Shown here piece after piece: positions 1 through 10,325 of a stretch of 64,000 bases of DNA; position 1 is the stretch's first letter, and every line of letters begins with the position of its first letter. Both the position numbers and the translations under genes were made by a program. Origin of the DNA: an uncultured Spirochaetota bacterium. GTDB lineage: Bacteria; Spirochaetota; Brevinematia; Brevinematales; JAOACQ01. The DNA lies in the NCBI GenBank assembly GCA_963835575.1, contig CAWIGG010000005.1, positions 128,001 through 192,000 on the forward strand, in the 5' to 3' direction. The notes below the pieces were generated by a model that was not told where the DNA came from, searched no databases, and saw only the letters and a list, made by a program, of their open reading frames with translations.

Positions 1-1231
1 ATATGATGACGCTGGCGCGGTTAGAGTCCCTTGTTATCAGTTCCGCAAGCTGGTTTTCAGCGTCATGATATGTATCCGGATTTTCAAACTCGATCGCCCA
101 GTACACCGGGATTTCCTCCCAGAGCATTATTCCCATTTCATCTGCGATCTGCGCCGCCCTTTCCGTGTGCGGGTAATGGGCCAGCCGGATGAAATTGCAG
201 TTCAGTTCTTTCGCGATTTTGATGTTCTCAATGATCTCTTTATCGCTCATCGCCTTACCGTTGCGGACGCTTTCCTCGTGCTGGCTAATCCCTTTCAGAA
301 AGATAGGTTTTCCATTTAAAAGTATATCCTGCTTTTCCGTTCTTATTTCCCGGAAGCCGGTCCTGTCGCTGACCCTGTCTTCTTTATAAGATAATGAGAC
401 ATTATAAAGCGCCGGGTTTTCAGGCGACCATAATTCCGGCGCGGCCTTGAATACCGCCTGGCCTTTCCCGTTCTTTACGGCAATTTTTTCCCGGACAGAA
501 AGGCCTGGTATTTCCAGCTCTGCCGTTCCGTCCTTTTCAGGTCCGTCAACCGATAATTCAGCCCGGATTTCCCTGAAATTGCCGCCGGGAACAAGATGGA
601 TAAAATACTGCCTGATAAAAGTCTCGGGAAGCCGGACCAATTCCACATCCCTGTAAATCCCGCCGTAATTAAACCAGTCGGTATTATCATTCGGGACATT
701 GTTTTTTTTACGCGTATTATCGGCGGTAACGATCAGCCGGTTATTTTCCTCCAGTAAACCGGTAACCTCGATATAAAACGGCGTCGAGCCGCCGCGGTGC
801 ATCCCGATAAATTTACGGTTCAGAAATACTTTGGCCTCATAATTAACGGCGCCGAACTTCAGGAATACCCTTTTCTCGCCGCGGTTTTTATAAATGAATT
901 TCCTGGTGTAAACAGCGCTGCCCTCGTAAAGGAAATATTTCTCTCTCTCAACATTCCAGCATGCGGGGACCCGGATCTTTTCCCACCGGTCAAAACTGTA
1001 GTCCAGAGGCAGAGGACGGCCGCCGGCATCATGCGATTTTTCCTCATACCATTTCGACCGGACGCAGTTATCATAACGGTCTATGCCGAAATTCCACAAG
1101 CCGTTTAATGACTCTTTATCCCGGTTCCTGTCGAAGATCATGCCGGTGTAATTCAGCATTTTTTTTAAAAAAGGGCTGTTATAATCATTATCATGGATAT
1201 TGGATAGAAAATTACTTGATTTATCCGCCAT
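1..1231 (-). CDS. Glycoside hydrolase family 2 (beta-glucuronidase/beta-galactosidase-like), runs off the window start
   Basis: Not in the ORF track because it is truncated. Manual translation from ATG 1231 (GGAG upstream) gives MADKSSNF...SLNGLWNF...FGAVNYEAKVFLN...HRGGSTPF...DWFNYGGIYRDV...LWSPENPALY...GFREI...LNGKPIFLKG..HEE...NFIRLAHYPH...ADEMGIMLWEE...NRASVII, which are typical GH2 motifs. Confidence 0.9.
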   Translation of the reverse strand, partial: MADKSSNFLSNIHDNDYNSPFLKKMLNYTGMIFDRNRDKESLNGLWNFGIDRYDNCVRSKWYEEKSHDAGGRPLPLDYSFDRWEKIRVPACWNVEREKYFLYEGSAVYTRKFIYKNRGEKRVFLKFGAVNYEAKVFLNRKFIGMHRGGSTPFYIEVTGLLEENNRLIVTADNTRKKNNVPNDNTDWFNYGGIYRDVELVRLPETFIRQYFIHLVPGGNFREIRAELSVDGPEKDGTAELEIPGLSVREKIAVKNGKGQAVFKAAPELWSPENPALYNVSLSYKEDRVSDRTGFREIRTEKQDILLNGKPIFLKGISQHEESVRNGKAMSDKEIIENIKIAKELNCNFIRLAHYPHTERAAQIADEMGIMLWEEIPVYWAIEFENPDTYHDAENQLAELITRDSNRASVII

Positions 1232-1259
1232 ATTCATCTCCGGGATTATAGGACATTTT

Positions 1260-2918
1260 TTATTTGATTCTTTCAAATTCAAGACCGAAAAGATTTATCT
1301 TTTCACCGGATACGGATATTGTTTCACCGGAATATCTGCCGAAGCCGGTTATGACGGCTTCCGAATCATTAACCGCGTCGAGGTATAGTTTCAGTCTGCC
1401 CATTTTGCCGGTAGAGGCGGAAAGGACCAGCCCGTCAGGGCTGTATGATAATTTGAAGTTTTTCAGCCTGGGGTTTTCTTCATTGGAACAGATATAATCG
1501 CCCGTCCATTTCTTCCAGGCTTCCGTTGTATTCAAGCTTCTGAATTCCCCGCCCTGGGGCGAGCGGAATCCCAGTTGTTCCATAGCGAATATTCTTTCGC
1601 CGTTGATTTCAACAATACCAAGCCTGATCATCGACAACTGCTTTAAACTCAAAGGAAGAAAACCGAATAATAGCAGTTTTACATTAAACCAGCCGTCCCT
1701 GCATGGGAGCATGAGAAAATTCCCGGACGGCATCATGGCGATCAGTTTGCTTCCCGATTCTTTTATGTTTACAATTCCGGACAGGGAGATAAAACGCCCG
1801 GCGGATTTCCTTATTATTTCCGGGGTCAGTTTTATTAAAGTCCTGTTTTCATCTCCGGGGGGTTTTATGCCGTATTTATCCTCCACAATAAGCCCCAGGA
1901 TATCAATGGAAACCTGGTGGTTCATAAGCGCGCCCGACGCGGAATTCGTCAGGAGAGTTATTCCCAGCTTCCTTTCAGGAATGAGAACGGTTAAACTGAA
2001 AAAATTCGGAGTGCCTCCGTCATGCCAGATCACCTTTCCCGCGTAATCGAGGCCCGGCTTGCCGGTGAACCAGCCCAGCCCGCCGACATAACTCATATCG
2101 ATCGGGTTTTCCGGGTACTGGGGAGTAAACATCATATTTAAAGTATTTTGCTTTGTGAATAAACCTCTGCCGCCGTTCAGAACGGCTTTCATAAATACGG
2201 CCATATCGTCCGCGTTTGAAAATATCCCTCCGGGCGGGACCTCTTTCATCATGAGCGGTTCGTTCTGTTCCCTGCCTGAGGCATAGGGCTTGGAAAGATC
2301 TTTTTTCATATCATCCGGGAGCACAATTGAAGACCGCGTCATACCGAGGCCTTTCAGCAGAACATCTTCAATATATTTGTGATACGGCATTCCGCTGACG
2401 CGGCTGATCAGCACGCCCAGTAGTTCATAACCGAGATTGGAATAATAAAACATCTTCCCGGACGGATAAGGCATGCAGGCATTTTTAAGATAAACCGTGA
2501 CCGATTGAAAAGCCTCAGGGTCCTGGGAAAAGTAATCCTTAAAATTATCGCTGGGAAGGCCCGAATGATGACAGAGAATATCACGGATAATGACAGGGCC
2601 GTTATCCGGGAAGCGGGATTTGACTGAAAATTCCGGAATATAATCCCTGACCGGCTTATCAATATCGATCTTCCCCTCTTCGGCCAGCCGCATTACCGCC
2701 GAAGCCGTAAAAACTTTTGTAATGGACCCGATCTTAAAGACCGTGGAATTATCAGCCGGAATTTTATTCGCCTTATCGGCAAACCCGAAACCTTTTGAAA
2801 ATAGAGTTTCATCGCCGTGCACGATGGAAACCGCGGCGCCTGTAATCTTGAGCTCTTTCATTTTATGGTTGATTAAACCGGAAATTTTACCGGACAGGCT
2901 GTTCTTAATATTCTGCAT
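1260..2918 (-). CDS. Serine hydrolase, beta-lactamase/class C PBP family, with C-terminal extension
   Basis: SxxK (GSITK), YxN (YSN) and HxG (WHDGG) motifs; LCHHSGL. Confidence 0.9.
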   Translation of the reverse strand: MQNIKNSLSGKISGLINHKMKELKITGAAVSIVHGDETLFSKGFGFADKANKIPADNSTVFKIGSITKVFTASAVMRLAEEGKIDIDKPVRDYIPEFSVKSRFPDNGPVIIRDILCHHSGLPSDNFKDYFSQDPEAFQSVTVYLKNACMPYPSGKMFYYSNLGYELLGVLISRVSGMPYHKYIEDVLLKGLGMTRSSIVLPDDMKKDLSKPYASGREQNEPLMMKEVPPGGIFSNADDMAVFMKAVLNGGRGLFTKQNTLNMMFTPQYPENPIDMSYVGGLGWFTGKPGLDYAGKVIWHDGGTPNFFSLTVLIPERKLGITLLTNSASGALMNHQVSIDILGLIVEDKYGIKPPGDENRTLIKLTPEIIRKSAGRFISLSGIVNIKESGSKLIAMMPSGNFLMLPCRDGWFNVKLLLFGFLPLSLKQLSMIRLGIVEINGERIFAMEQLGFRSPQGGEFRSLNTTEAWKKWTGDYICSNEENPRLKNFKLSYSPDGLVLSASTGKMGRLKLYLDAVNDSEAVITGFGRYSGETISVSGEKINLFGLEFERIK

Positions 2919-3143
2919 ATTGACCTCGCAACAGATGGATCAATATCATAATTCCATTGTTGAAATAATTCAAAATTTTAGACTGTAAACATCTTCATTA
3001 TCAGGTTTATTAATCTATTTCAGGATATAAAGAACTGCCCGGCGCCTTAAAAAAGAATATCAAATATTGATTTAAATATGAATTGACAGAACCCTGAGCC
3101 GAAATTAGAATCATGAATCATTATTAAAAATGCGGAGGTCTTT

Positions 3144-3488
3144 ATGGTCATACATCCATCCGAAATGAAAATCGATATAAAGGAAAAAATGCGCGAAGGC
3201 GAAGGTTCGGTTAAGATGCTCCATCTGGTCGAAGGGGATAAAATGAAAAACGCCCGGCTTCTGGCCCATCTGACCATAACGCCGGGATCAAGCATCGGTA
3301 CGCATGAGCATCTGAATGAAACGGAGTATTATATCATCCTGAAAGGAAAGGGTATTGTTCTTGATAACGGCATAGAGAAGGATGTCTCTCCCGGGGATGT
3401 CGTCGTCACCGGCGGCGGGGAATCGCACAGCATCAGGAATACCGGCCATGATGACCTGGAGCTTCTGGCAGTGATCATTACATACTAA
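3144..3488 (+). CDS. Cupin domain protein
   Basis: HEH...E.YIILKGKG and PGD......GESHSIRN cupin motifs; GGAGG RBS. Confidence 0.9.
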   Translation: MVIHPSEMKIDIKEKMREGEGSVKMLHLVEGDKMKNARLLAHLTITPGSSIGTHEHLNETEYYIILKGKGIVLDNGIEKDVSPGDVVVTGGGESHSIRNTGHDDLELLAVIITY

Positions 3489-3501
3489 AAATAAATTTAT
3501 T

Positions 3502-3836
3502 TTCACAGGAAGACACGAAGTCGCGAAGAAAATATTTACATGCTTGAGATTTTAATCAGATTTCGGGATGTTATAAAATAAATATTTTGGATTAAGAAAA
3601 TAAGTATTATTAAAAAATATTAATAGCCCGGACATTTTAACAGGATTGAATATTATTTATTCATCCTTGAAAATACTGGCTTTCATGGATGGTTGATTAA
3701 ATCATAAAATGAAAGAAACTGAAAGAAAAGGAAATATAATTACAACTCTCTTATATATGATATTAAAAAGAACTATATTGAAATAAGATAAATTTGTTAT
3801 TTCAGATATCATCGTGCCTTCGTGACTTCCTGTGAA
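3502..3836. repeat. Periodic inverted-repeat pair bracketing an AT-rich spacer
   Basis: ttcacaggaagacacgaagtcgcgaag (3502-3528) versus tcgtgccttcgtgacttcctgtgaa (3812-3836), whose reverse complement is ttcacaggaagtcacgaaggcacga. Confidence 0.75.
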
Positions 3837-3864
3837 TTGAATTATAATTTAGTATCAACCTGTT

Positions 3865-4410
3865 TTATAATAATTTCTGATAATAAACGTTATCCAGGAC
3901 TCTGTCGAATTTATATCCCATATTCTTAAAATAACCGCACTTTTCATAACCGCACTTTTCGAAAAGCTTTATGCTCCCGGTATTCTCGGCGCAAATCCCG
4001 GCTATGATCGTTTTTATCCCCTTTTCCCCGGCAGCTTTTTCCATGTATTCAACAGCGGCGGTCCCTATCCCCTTTTTCGTCTGTTCCGCTTTTATATAAA
4101 TAGTAATTTCATAGGTAAAGCGGTACCCTTCTTTTGAGCTGTACGGCCTGAGAAGACAGAACCCGCAGAAATCATCCCTGTCATAAATGCAGAAGGCGTA
4201 CACGGCAGGATTTTCAATATTAAAAAAATTTATTACTTCCCGCGGCTTGAGAGTATTGATATGATAGGTGGCTGTTGAATTGATAACATAATAGTTATAG
4301 AGCGCGGCGACATCGGCGTAATTCTTTTTTCCCGTTTTTTTAAAAATAATCTCATTCATAATTTTATACCCTTCATAAAAAATATCGGCGTTATTAAATC
4401 CTTCGGACAT
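3865..4410 (-). CDS. GNAT N-acetyltransferase (phosphinothricin acetyltransferase/YncA-like); true start may be MNEII
   Basis: YNYYVINSTATY, TYEITIY, KKGIG, ENTGSIKLFEKCGYEKCG, GYKFDRVLD. Confidence 0.85.
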   Translation of the reverse strand: MSEGFNNADIFYEGYKIMNEIIFKKTGKKNYADVAALYNYYVINSTATYHINTLKPREVINFFNIENPAVYAFCIYDRDDFCGFCLLRPYSSKEGYRFTYEITIYIKAEQTKKGIGTAAVEYMEKAAGEKGIKTIIAGICAENTGSIKLFEKCGYEKCGYFKNMGYKFDRVLDNVYYQKLL

Positions 4411-4413
4411 TCT

Positions 4414-5271
4414 TCAGCCGAAACAGGCATTGGAATGCCTGAAGGGAGGGATTTCCACGGCTTCTCCTCCCAGCGCCCGGTTAAGGCATGTCATATAATG
4501 CACGGTATAATTTTCCGCTTCAAATATGCAGTCGATCAGACGGAGCCCGCATTCCGGCAATGCCCTGACCAGATCGACGGCGCGGGCATGCTTCATGAAT
4601 GAGTCCATTCTCTTGCGGATATTGTAAAAATAGTCGCTGACGCTGACAAAGGGACGGTGCGCCGGATTGACCTCTTTGAAATTATCTTCCTTGAAATAAT
4701 CGGCCGGGTCAATCCTTTCCAATTTCCGCGCGTCCATAAAATAATCCCTGAAGCCGGCTGGTTCCAGGACCCATTTATCGATGAATGTCAGTATTTTCAG
4801 GATATGCCGCCAGAACGGCATTCCGCCGTATTCCCTGTTCCAGTCAATAAAGACCTTGTTCCTTTTTTCCCGGTTCCAGGTGATCGCGTTATTGCGCCCC
4901 AGAAGGTCCTCGATATCCCAGAGCAGGTAATTCAGGCGGCCGAAAACGGCCTCCGGAGAACCGTACGGGCTTCCTGCCATTGCGGGAAGAGCGGACACTC
5001 TTTTCCGCTTCCCGTAATGGGCCCCTTTCCTCCAGATATTGAGAGCGCTGGAAGTCCTGAGGTAGGTATTATATTCTTCCCTTTTTACCGGATCGGTCAG
5101 TACGCTGTAAGCATTATAGATCATCCTGAAATCCGCTTCCGATTCGGGGGAATTATTGTTTTTGTCCGGATGATGTATTAACGCCAGCCTGCGGAAAGCA
5201 GCTTTTATCTCTTCTATGCCGGCATTATCCGGCACATTCAGGATTTCGTAAAAAGAGGAATAGGGGATCAT
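4414..5271 (-). CDS. J-domain (DnaJ-like) protein with unknown C-terminal domain
   Basis: N-terminal YEILNV...IKAAFRRLALIHHPDKN...AYSVLTDP with intact HPD motif. Confidence 0.85.
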   Translation of the reverse strand: MIPYSSFYEILNVPDNAGIEEIKAAFRRLALIHHPDKNNNSPESEADFRMIYNAYSVLTDPVKREEYNTYLRTSSALNIWRKGAHYGKRKRVSALPAMAGSPYGSPEAVFGRLNYLLWDIEDLLGRNNAITWNREKRNKVFIDWNREYGGMPFWRHILKILTFIDKWVLEPAGFRDYFMDARKLERIDPADYFKEDNFKEVNPAHRPFVSVSDYFYNIRKRMDSFMKHARAVDLVRALPECGLRLIDCIFEAENYTVHYMTCLNRALGGEAVEIPPFRHSNACFG

Positions 5272-5490
5272 ACTTTCTTATTCCTTAATTTTTATAAAGT
5301 ATATCATACTTTTATATTGAAATCAAAGGGCGCCTTTGCCGGGGGGGCTTTCTTTTATTTTTTAAATCAAGAACGGATTCTTATTCCGACTCGCAATCGG
5401 GGTGTCCACTTTCTTTTGCTCGTCCAATACTTCGGCCAGGCTCGGCAACCGCAATTCATTGTTTAATTGACATAAGCCAAGAAAGCAATG

Positions 5491-5558
5491 CCCCTCGCCC
5501 CGCACCATTTTGTAAGCTACTCCAGTTGAGGCTGTTCAAAATGGTGCGGGGCGAGGGG
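5491..5558. repeat. Hairpin module (cc(t/g)caccaNtttgt...caaaNtggtg(a/c)gg family), copy 1
   Basis: cccctcgccccgcaccattttg / caaaatggtgcggggcgagggg form perfect 22-bp arms. Confidence 0.8.
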
Positions 5559-6070
5559 AAAAGGACGCCCTCCACGGTTTTCTTTAATCGCATATCTTTA
5601 TTGACTCTAATGTGGCATTCTTCAGAATAATAATTTTGATACTCAATTATATTTATGCCTTTCTTATGTCGCCGTCCGTGGCTTTATTCGAAAGGCGGCC
5701 GCAATCCATTGCGGCATGTATGTCTCTTTTATTATATACTTCGCAGAATGCCGCTGGTGAGAACTTATGTATTTAATAACTATTCGAAAATCTGGCAGGG
5801 AAAAACCGCGGAGGGTTGCTACGCTTGGTATACGGCTCCTTAATGAATTATAACGGCTCTTTATTATATTATAATGCTTATTGGGGTATCGACCTCCCGC
5901 AGACCCAGAGTGATGCGGTAAGTCGGGGCGAAGCGAATCGAAGGAGGCAGTCCTACACCGCTGACTCAATAAACTGAAAATTGGAGCCCGGACACCGAGC
6001 CACGTCGAGGTGTGATTTCCGAAGAAAATTGTATCAAGATGTCCGTGCCTTTACCATTACGCCGTCCGTG

Positions 6071-6123
6071 TCCCTCACCACTTTGTCCGGCTTACGCGGT
6101 GAGACTTACAAAGTGGTGAGGGA
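6071..6123. repeat. Hairpin module, copy 2
   Basis: tccctcaccactttgt / acaaagtggtgaggga form perfect 16-bp arms. Confidence 0.8.
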
Positions 6124-6291
6124 TTACTCAGGGCAGGCCTTGCCGCAAGCATGAGCTTCTCTTCTATTATAGTGGTAGCGGATAACACGACTATTAATCA
6201 AGATATTTTATGTACAGATTATGGCCAGGAAGAAAATTGCCTCGGGAACGCATTAACTAAACGCGGCAAGGCACAAGCAGTATGTTTGTCA

Positions 6292-8975
6292 TTACAATTT
6301 CACTTCCAAAGTACATCTTGCGCCCTTCCTGCTTTCAATTTTAAAACCGGCCCCTAATTGCTTGCTGAGCATATCGACAAGAATAAAACCGAAGCCTTTT
6401 GATTTATTGATATCAAAATCGGCCGGAAGTCCGATACCGTTATCCTGGATTATGACGGATATTTTATTTTTACTTTTTGTGATGATTACTTCAATTAACC
6501 CGCTTTCTCTTCCCGGGAAGGCGTATTTTATGGAATTTGTAATGAGCTCGTTGACAATAATTCCGAGAGGCAGAATTAACCTGGTATCCGCGGTGAAATC
6601 ATCAATCTTTTTTTCAATGCGGATCCGGTCATTATTGAGAAAAATCATGGTTATTGAATCGACAATATTACCGAAATATTTTTTTGCTGAAACATCATTA
6701 TAATCTTCAGAAATGAGCATATTTTCATAAAGGATGCGCATGCTTTGCACCCGTCTGATCGCGTCCTGTATTAAAGACAGCGCCTCAGGATTTTTAATGG
6801 AATTGGATTGGAGGGTTAAAAGCATTTCTATAGAAGCGATATTGTTTTTTATGCGGTGATGGACTTCCTTGATCATAAGTTCTTTTTCCTGCAGTTGACG
6901 CTTTGTTTCCTCTTCCGCCTTCCTGCGCCCGGTGATGTCCGTCGCGATGTGTATTACTTTTTCCAGCCTGCCGTTTTCATCAAACATCGGCGTACAGGAC
7001 ACGCTGTAAAAACCATTTAATGTTTCAACTTCCATATCATAGGTTTCGATTATATTCGTGTTCTTCATTTTTATAAAAGGACAGTTTTCCGGCGGACACG
7101 CCGCTTTGGGATCATGAAAGATTTCCCAGCATTTTTTATTTTGATATTCCATTATATCCAGGCCTGTCAATTTTTCAAAAATACTGTTCCCTGCGGCAAC
7201 ATGCTGCTCTGAATCCAGTATGACAGTCGGATGCGGTATGGCATTGAATATGGATTGCCAGTTTTGAACGGATTTCTTTAAATCATTCTCAGCCTGCAGG
7301 CGTCTGGCTTCATTCTGCCGGATTTCAATTGCGAAACCGATATTTCCGGCCAGTTCATCAAGCAATTTCACTTCTTCTTTATTGAAAAAACAGATTTCAC
7401 CGGCGTAGATATTTAACGTTCCCCAGATTTTACCGTCCACCGTCAGCGGAAAAGCGGCTGATGATTGGTAGCCGTTTTTTTTCGCGGCTTCCTGCCATGG
7501 CTCATGCTTTCATCATTCAGAATATCATTACAAATCACATGAATGCCTGAACTGACAGCCCTGCCTGTCGGACCGCCGCTCTGTTTTTTATCATTCAGGT
7601 CGATGTTGATATTTTCAAGATAATCGGCCGCAATTCCCTGCGACGCGACTGCATCAACTTTATTTGTTATAGTATTGATTTTGCCGATCCAGACCATTTT
7701 GAATCCGCCCTTCTCAACTGCCGCATCGCAAACGGATTGAAACAGGTCCTTCTGATTATTACAGCGGACAATTATCTGATTAATGCTGCTCAATAAAGAA
7801 TACATCCGGGTCAGATTCCTTGCAGTTTCTTCAGCCTGTTTGCGCTCGTCAATGTCTTCAATAATGGATATGATGCAGGCTCTATGGCTCAACCGGATCG
7901 CCCGGGCGGAAAACAGTACTGTTTTGATGTTCCCGTTTTTCGCGCGCAGTTTTGTCTCCATGCCCTCCATGGCCCCGCTCTCGCGGAGAGCCGCTACCAT
8001 GCGCTGCCGGTCCTCTTCATGGACCCATATATTCAATTTAAGAGTCGAGCTGGCCAGGGCTTCTTCCCGGCTAAATCCGGAAATGGTTGTGAACGCATCG
8101 TTGACCTCGATAAACGCGCCGTCTTCCATGTTTGCGATGATATAGGCATAGGGCGAAGTTTTGAAAGCCTTTGAGAAGCGTTCCTCGCTCTCCCGCAGCG
8201 CTTCTTCAGCCAGCTTGCGTTCGGTGATATCATCGAATAAAACGAATATCCTGCCCGAAACTGGAGCTCCTGAAATGAACATCGTCTTAACGGCGCCGTT
8301 CTTGCAGGTCACCCGGTACTCGTTTCCGGTGATCTCCTTATTCTCCGTCACGGCCTTCTGGACACGCGCCATCCATTCGGAAATAACTTCCCTGCGGTAA
8401 TCCTCATCCGTGTAGGCCTGGGCCCACCACCTGTCCATATTGGGGATATCCTCAGGCATATATCCAAAAACTTTTACGGCTTTCCGGTTGATAAACTCAA
8501 TCACGCCGTCCATGCCGACGATAGCCATCGCAATCGGGGCCTCTTCAACGACCTTTCGGAAGCAGTCTTCGCTTTCCGCCAGTTTCTGATGCGTATCAAA
8601 AAGCCGGAATGCCATTTTTATAGACGCGATGAGCACCATATCCCCGGAATTTTTGACTATATATCCATACGATGTGATCCCCTCGGTTTTTTCTACCACC
8701 TCCCGCTCGGCATGAGATGATAAAAATATCAGAGGAATATCATGATTCTTCAGAATTGTTACCGCCGCCTGCGTGCCGTCCATGCCTTTACCCAGGTTAA
8801 TGTCCATAAGGATCAGGTCTATATTCTGCGTTTTATTAACGGTTTCTATCGCTTTTTCACCGGAATTTACGGTGATGACTTTGAAGCCGTATTGTTCAAG
8901 GGTCATTGCTTCCGACATGGCGATGAGCGCTTCATCTTCCACCAGGAGTATTACTTTTTGATTGCCGCTTTCCAT
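6292..8975 (-). CDS. REC-PAS-PAS-GAF-PAS-HisKA_2/HATPase hybrid sensor kinase, split by a frameshift near 7500
   Basis: ORF 7443-8975 has REC (LLVEDE, LMDINL), two PAS domains and the start of a GAF. ORF 6292-7440 has the end of the GAF, a PAS, EVHHRIKNN, NELITNSIKYAF and DNGIG. Adding one C at ~7500 restores MSPWQEAAKKNGYQSSAAFPLTVDGKIWG. Confidence 0.85.
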
Positions 8976-9305
8976 AATATAACCCCCCTTTGTCTTTCAT
9001 ATCATTAAAGACAGCGCGGCCAGATTCTCCTGAAACAGACGGCTAAGTAATGCATATAACTTTTTCTAAATGCCATCCCATTTTCATACAATTAATTATA
9101 GTCATTTATAATTTAAAAATCTATTGTTTTTTAATTTTTTTATTTTTCCTCTATTCCGTCCGCCGGTATTTTCTCACTGATCGGATCGGGGGAGCATGCC
9201 CTTCTTTTCTTAAAACCCCAAACCATTTGTTTTTTTTTATAAATTATATTAAGATTAAACTCTTAAAAGAATATCATGATAAAAAAATATTTGTGGGGGA
9301 ATACT

Positions 9306-10166
9306 ATGGAATATTTTCAAAGCCTGCCGGACAAGATCAAAAAACACCTGGACGAACTGATCAAATCAGCGGATATGGAAGACAATGAAGAGACTAAAAG
9401 CCAGATGACGACCATCTGGATCGAAAAAGAGAAAATGTTCGAGGACCAGATTAAAGCGCTGGACATGATCGTACTCCCGTCGTTTAAAGCGGACGACCGG
9501 AGGGGCGCGCTTCTCCTCACCTATTCCGGCTCTCTTGTCGCGCTCAGCCCCGCCATTGATAATGAACGCTATATTGAATACTACAGCATCAAGCTCAGGT
9601 ATGACGTGCCTGAAATCGTTATTATTGAAGAATCAAACATCGCGGAGGATATTTCCGTCGATAACATTGTAAAATTCATAAACGGCCCCATTCAGAAGAC
9701 ATCGAGCCTTTTCAAGATCACTTCATTTAAAGAAGACGTAAGCCTGGAGGAACAGGAAAAAAGGATCCGGCAGGCTGTGATCTTCCTGACAAACGCTTTT
9801 GTGTTTATAAACCGGACGGTCCTTTTAAAAGACAAAAATGTCCCGGAACAGTTCAACCTGAAATCCATATCCAGGTTCATCGCCAATAAAAACGGCATCA
9901 CGCAGAAACAGGCCAAGCAGATTGTGGAAGACTACCAGTATATGCTGGAAACGGGAATGCTCCTGGGCGAGAAGGTGAAGATCGGCAGACTGGGTTCGGT
10001 CCTGCTGAAGAAAAAGAAAGCAAAAAAGGCCCGGGTCGGGATCAATCCGAAAACTATGGAAAAGATCACCATAGACGCCAAACCGGAAACGATGGCCCCT
10101 AAAATGAGCTTCAGCAAAACAATCAAGGAAAAAGCCGCGACGATGGTGTTGAAGAAAGAAAGCTGA
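9306..10166 (+). CDS. Uncharacterised N-terminal domain fused to an HU/IHF-like DNA-binding domain
   Basis: C-terminal IANKNGITQKQAKQIV...GEKVKIGRLG...ARVGINPKT.EKITIDAK is an HU/IHF signature. The N-terminal ~170 aa are homologous to ORF 43778-44308. ATG 9306 follows a GGGGGA RBS. Confidence 0.8.
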   Translation: MEYFQSLPDKIKKHLDELIKSADMEDNEETKSQMTTIWIEKEKMFEDQIKALDMIVLPSFKADDRRGALLLTYSGSLVALSPAIDNERYIEYYSIKLRYDVPEIVIIEESNIAEDISVDNIVKFINGPIQKTSSLFKITSFKEDVSLEEQEKRIRQAVIFLTNAFVFINRTVLLKDKNVPEQFNLKSISRFIANKNGITQKQAKQIVEDYQYMLETGMLLGEKVKIGRLGSVLLKKKKAKKARVGINPKTMEKITIDAKPETMAPKMSFSKTIKEKAATMVLKKES

Positions 10167-10190
10167 TCCTTAAAAGGAAAACAATATATA

Positions 10191-10224
10191 AAAGCCCGGC
10201 AAACGGATTGCCGGGCTTTTTTTT
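10191..10224. terminator. Intrinsic terminator (likely bidirectional)
   Basis: aaagcccggcaa-acgga-ttgccgggc followed by a T tract, between convergent genes. Confidence 0.8.
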
Positions 10225-10325
10225 CAACTATTTAACGGGATGATAATAAGCTGTAAATCCAGAGATGAATAATGTTCTTAAAATACGCCGGATTCTTATT
10301 GATCAGTGATTTATTTTTTCAGCTC

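Noticed and set aside
5655..5969. Small ORFs in the structured intergenic region
   Set aside because: No RBS or protein motif, and the composition is explained by palindromic repeats.
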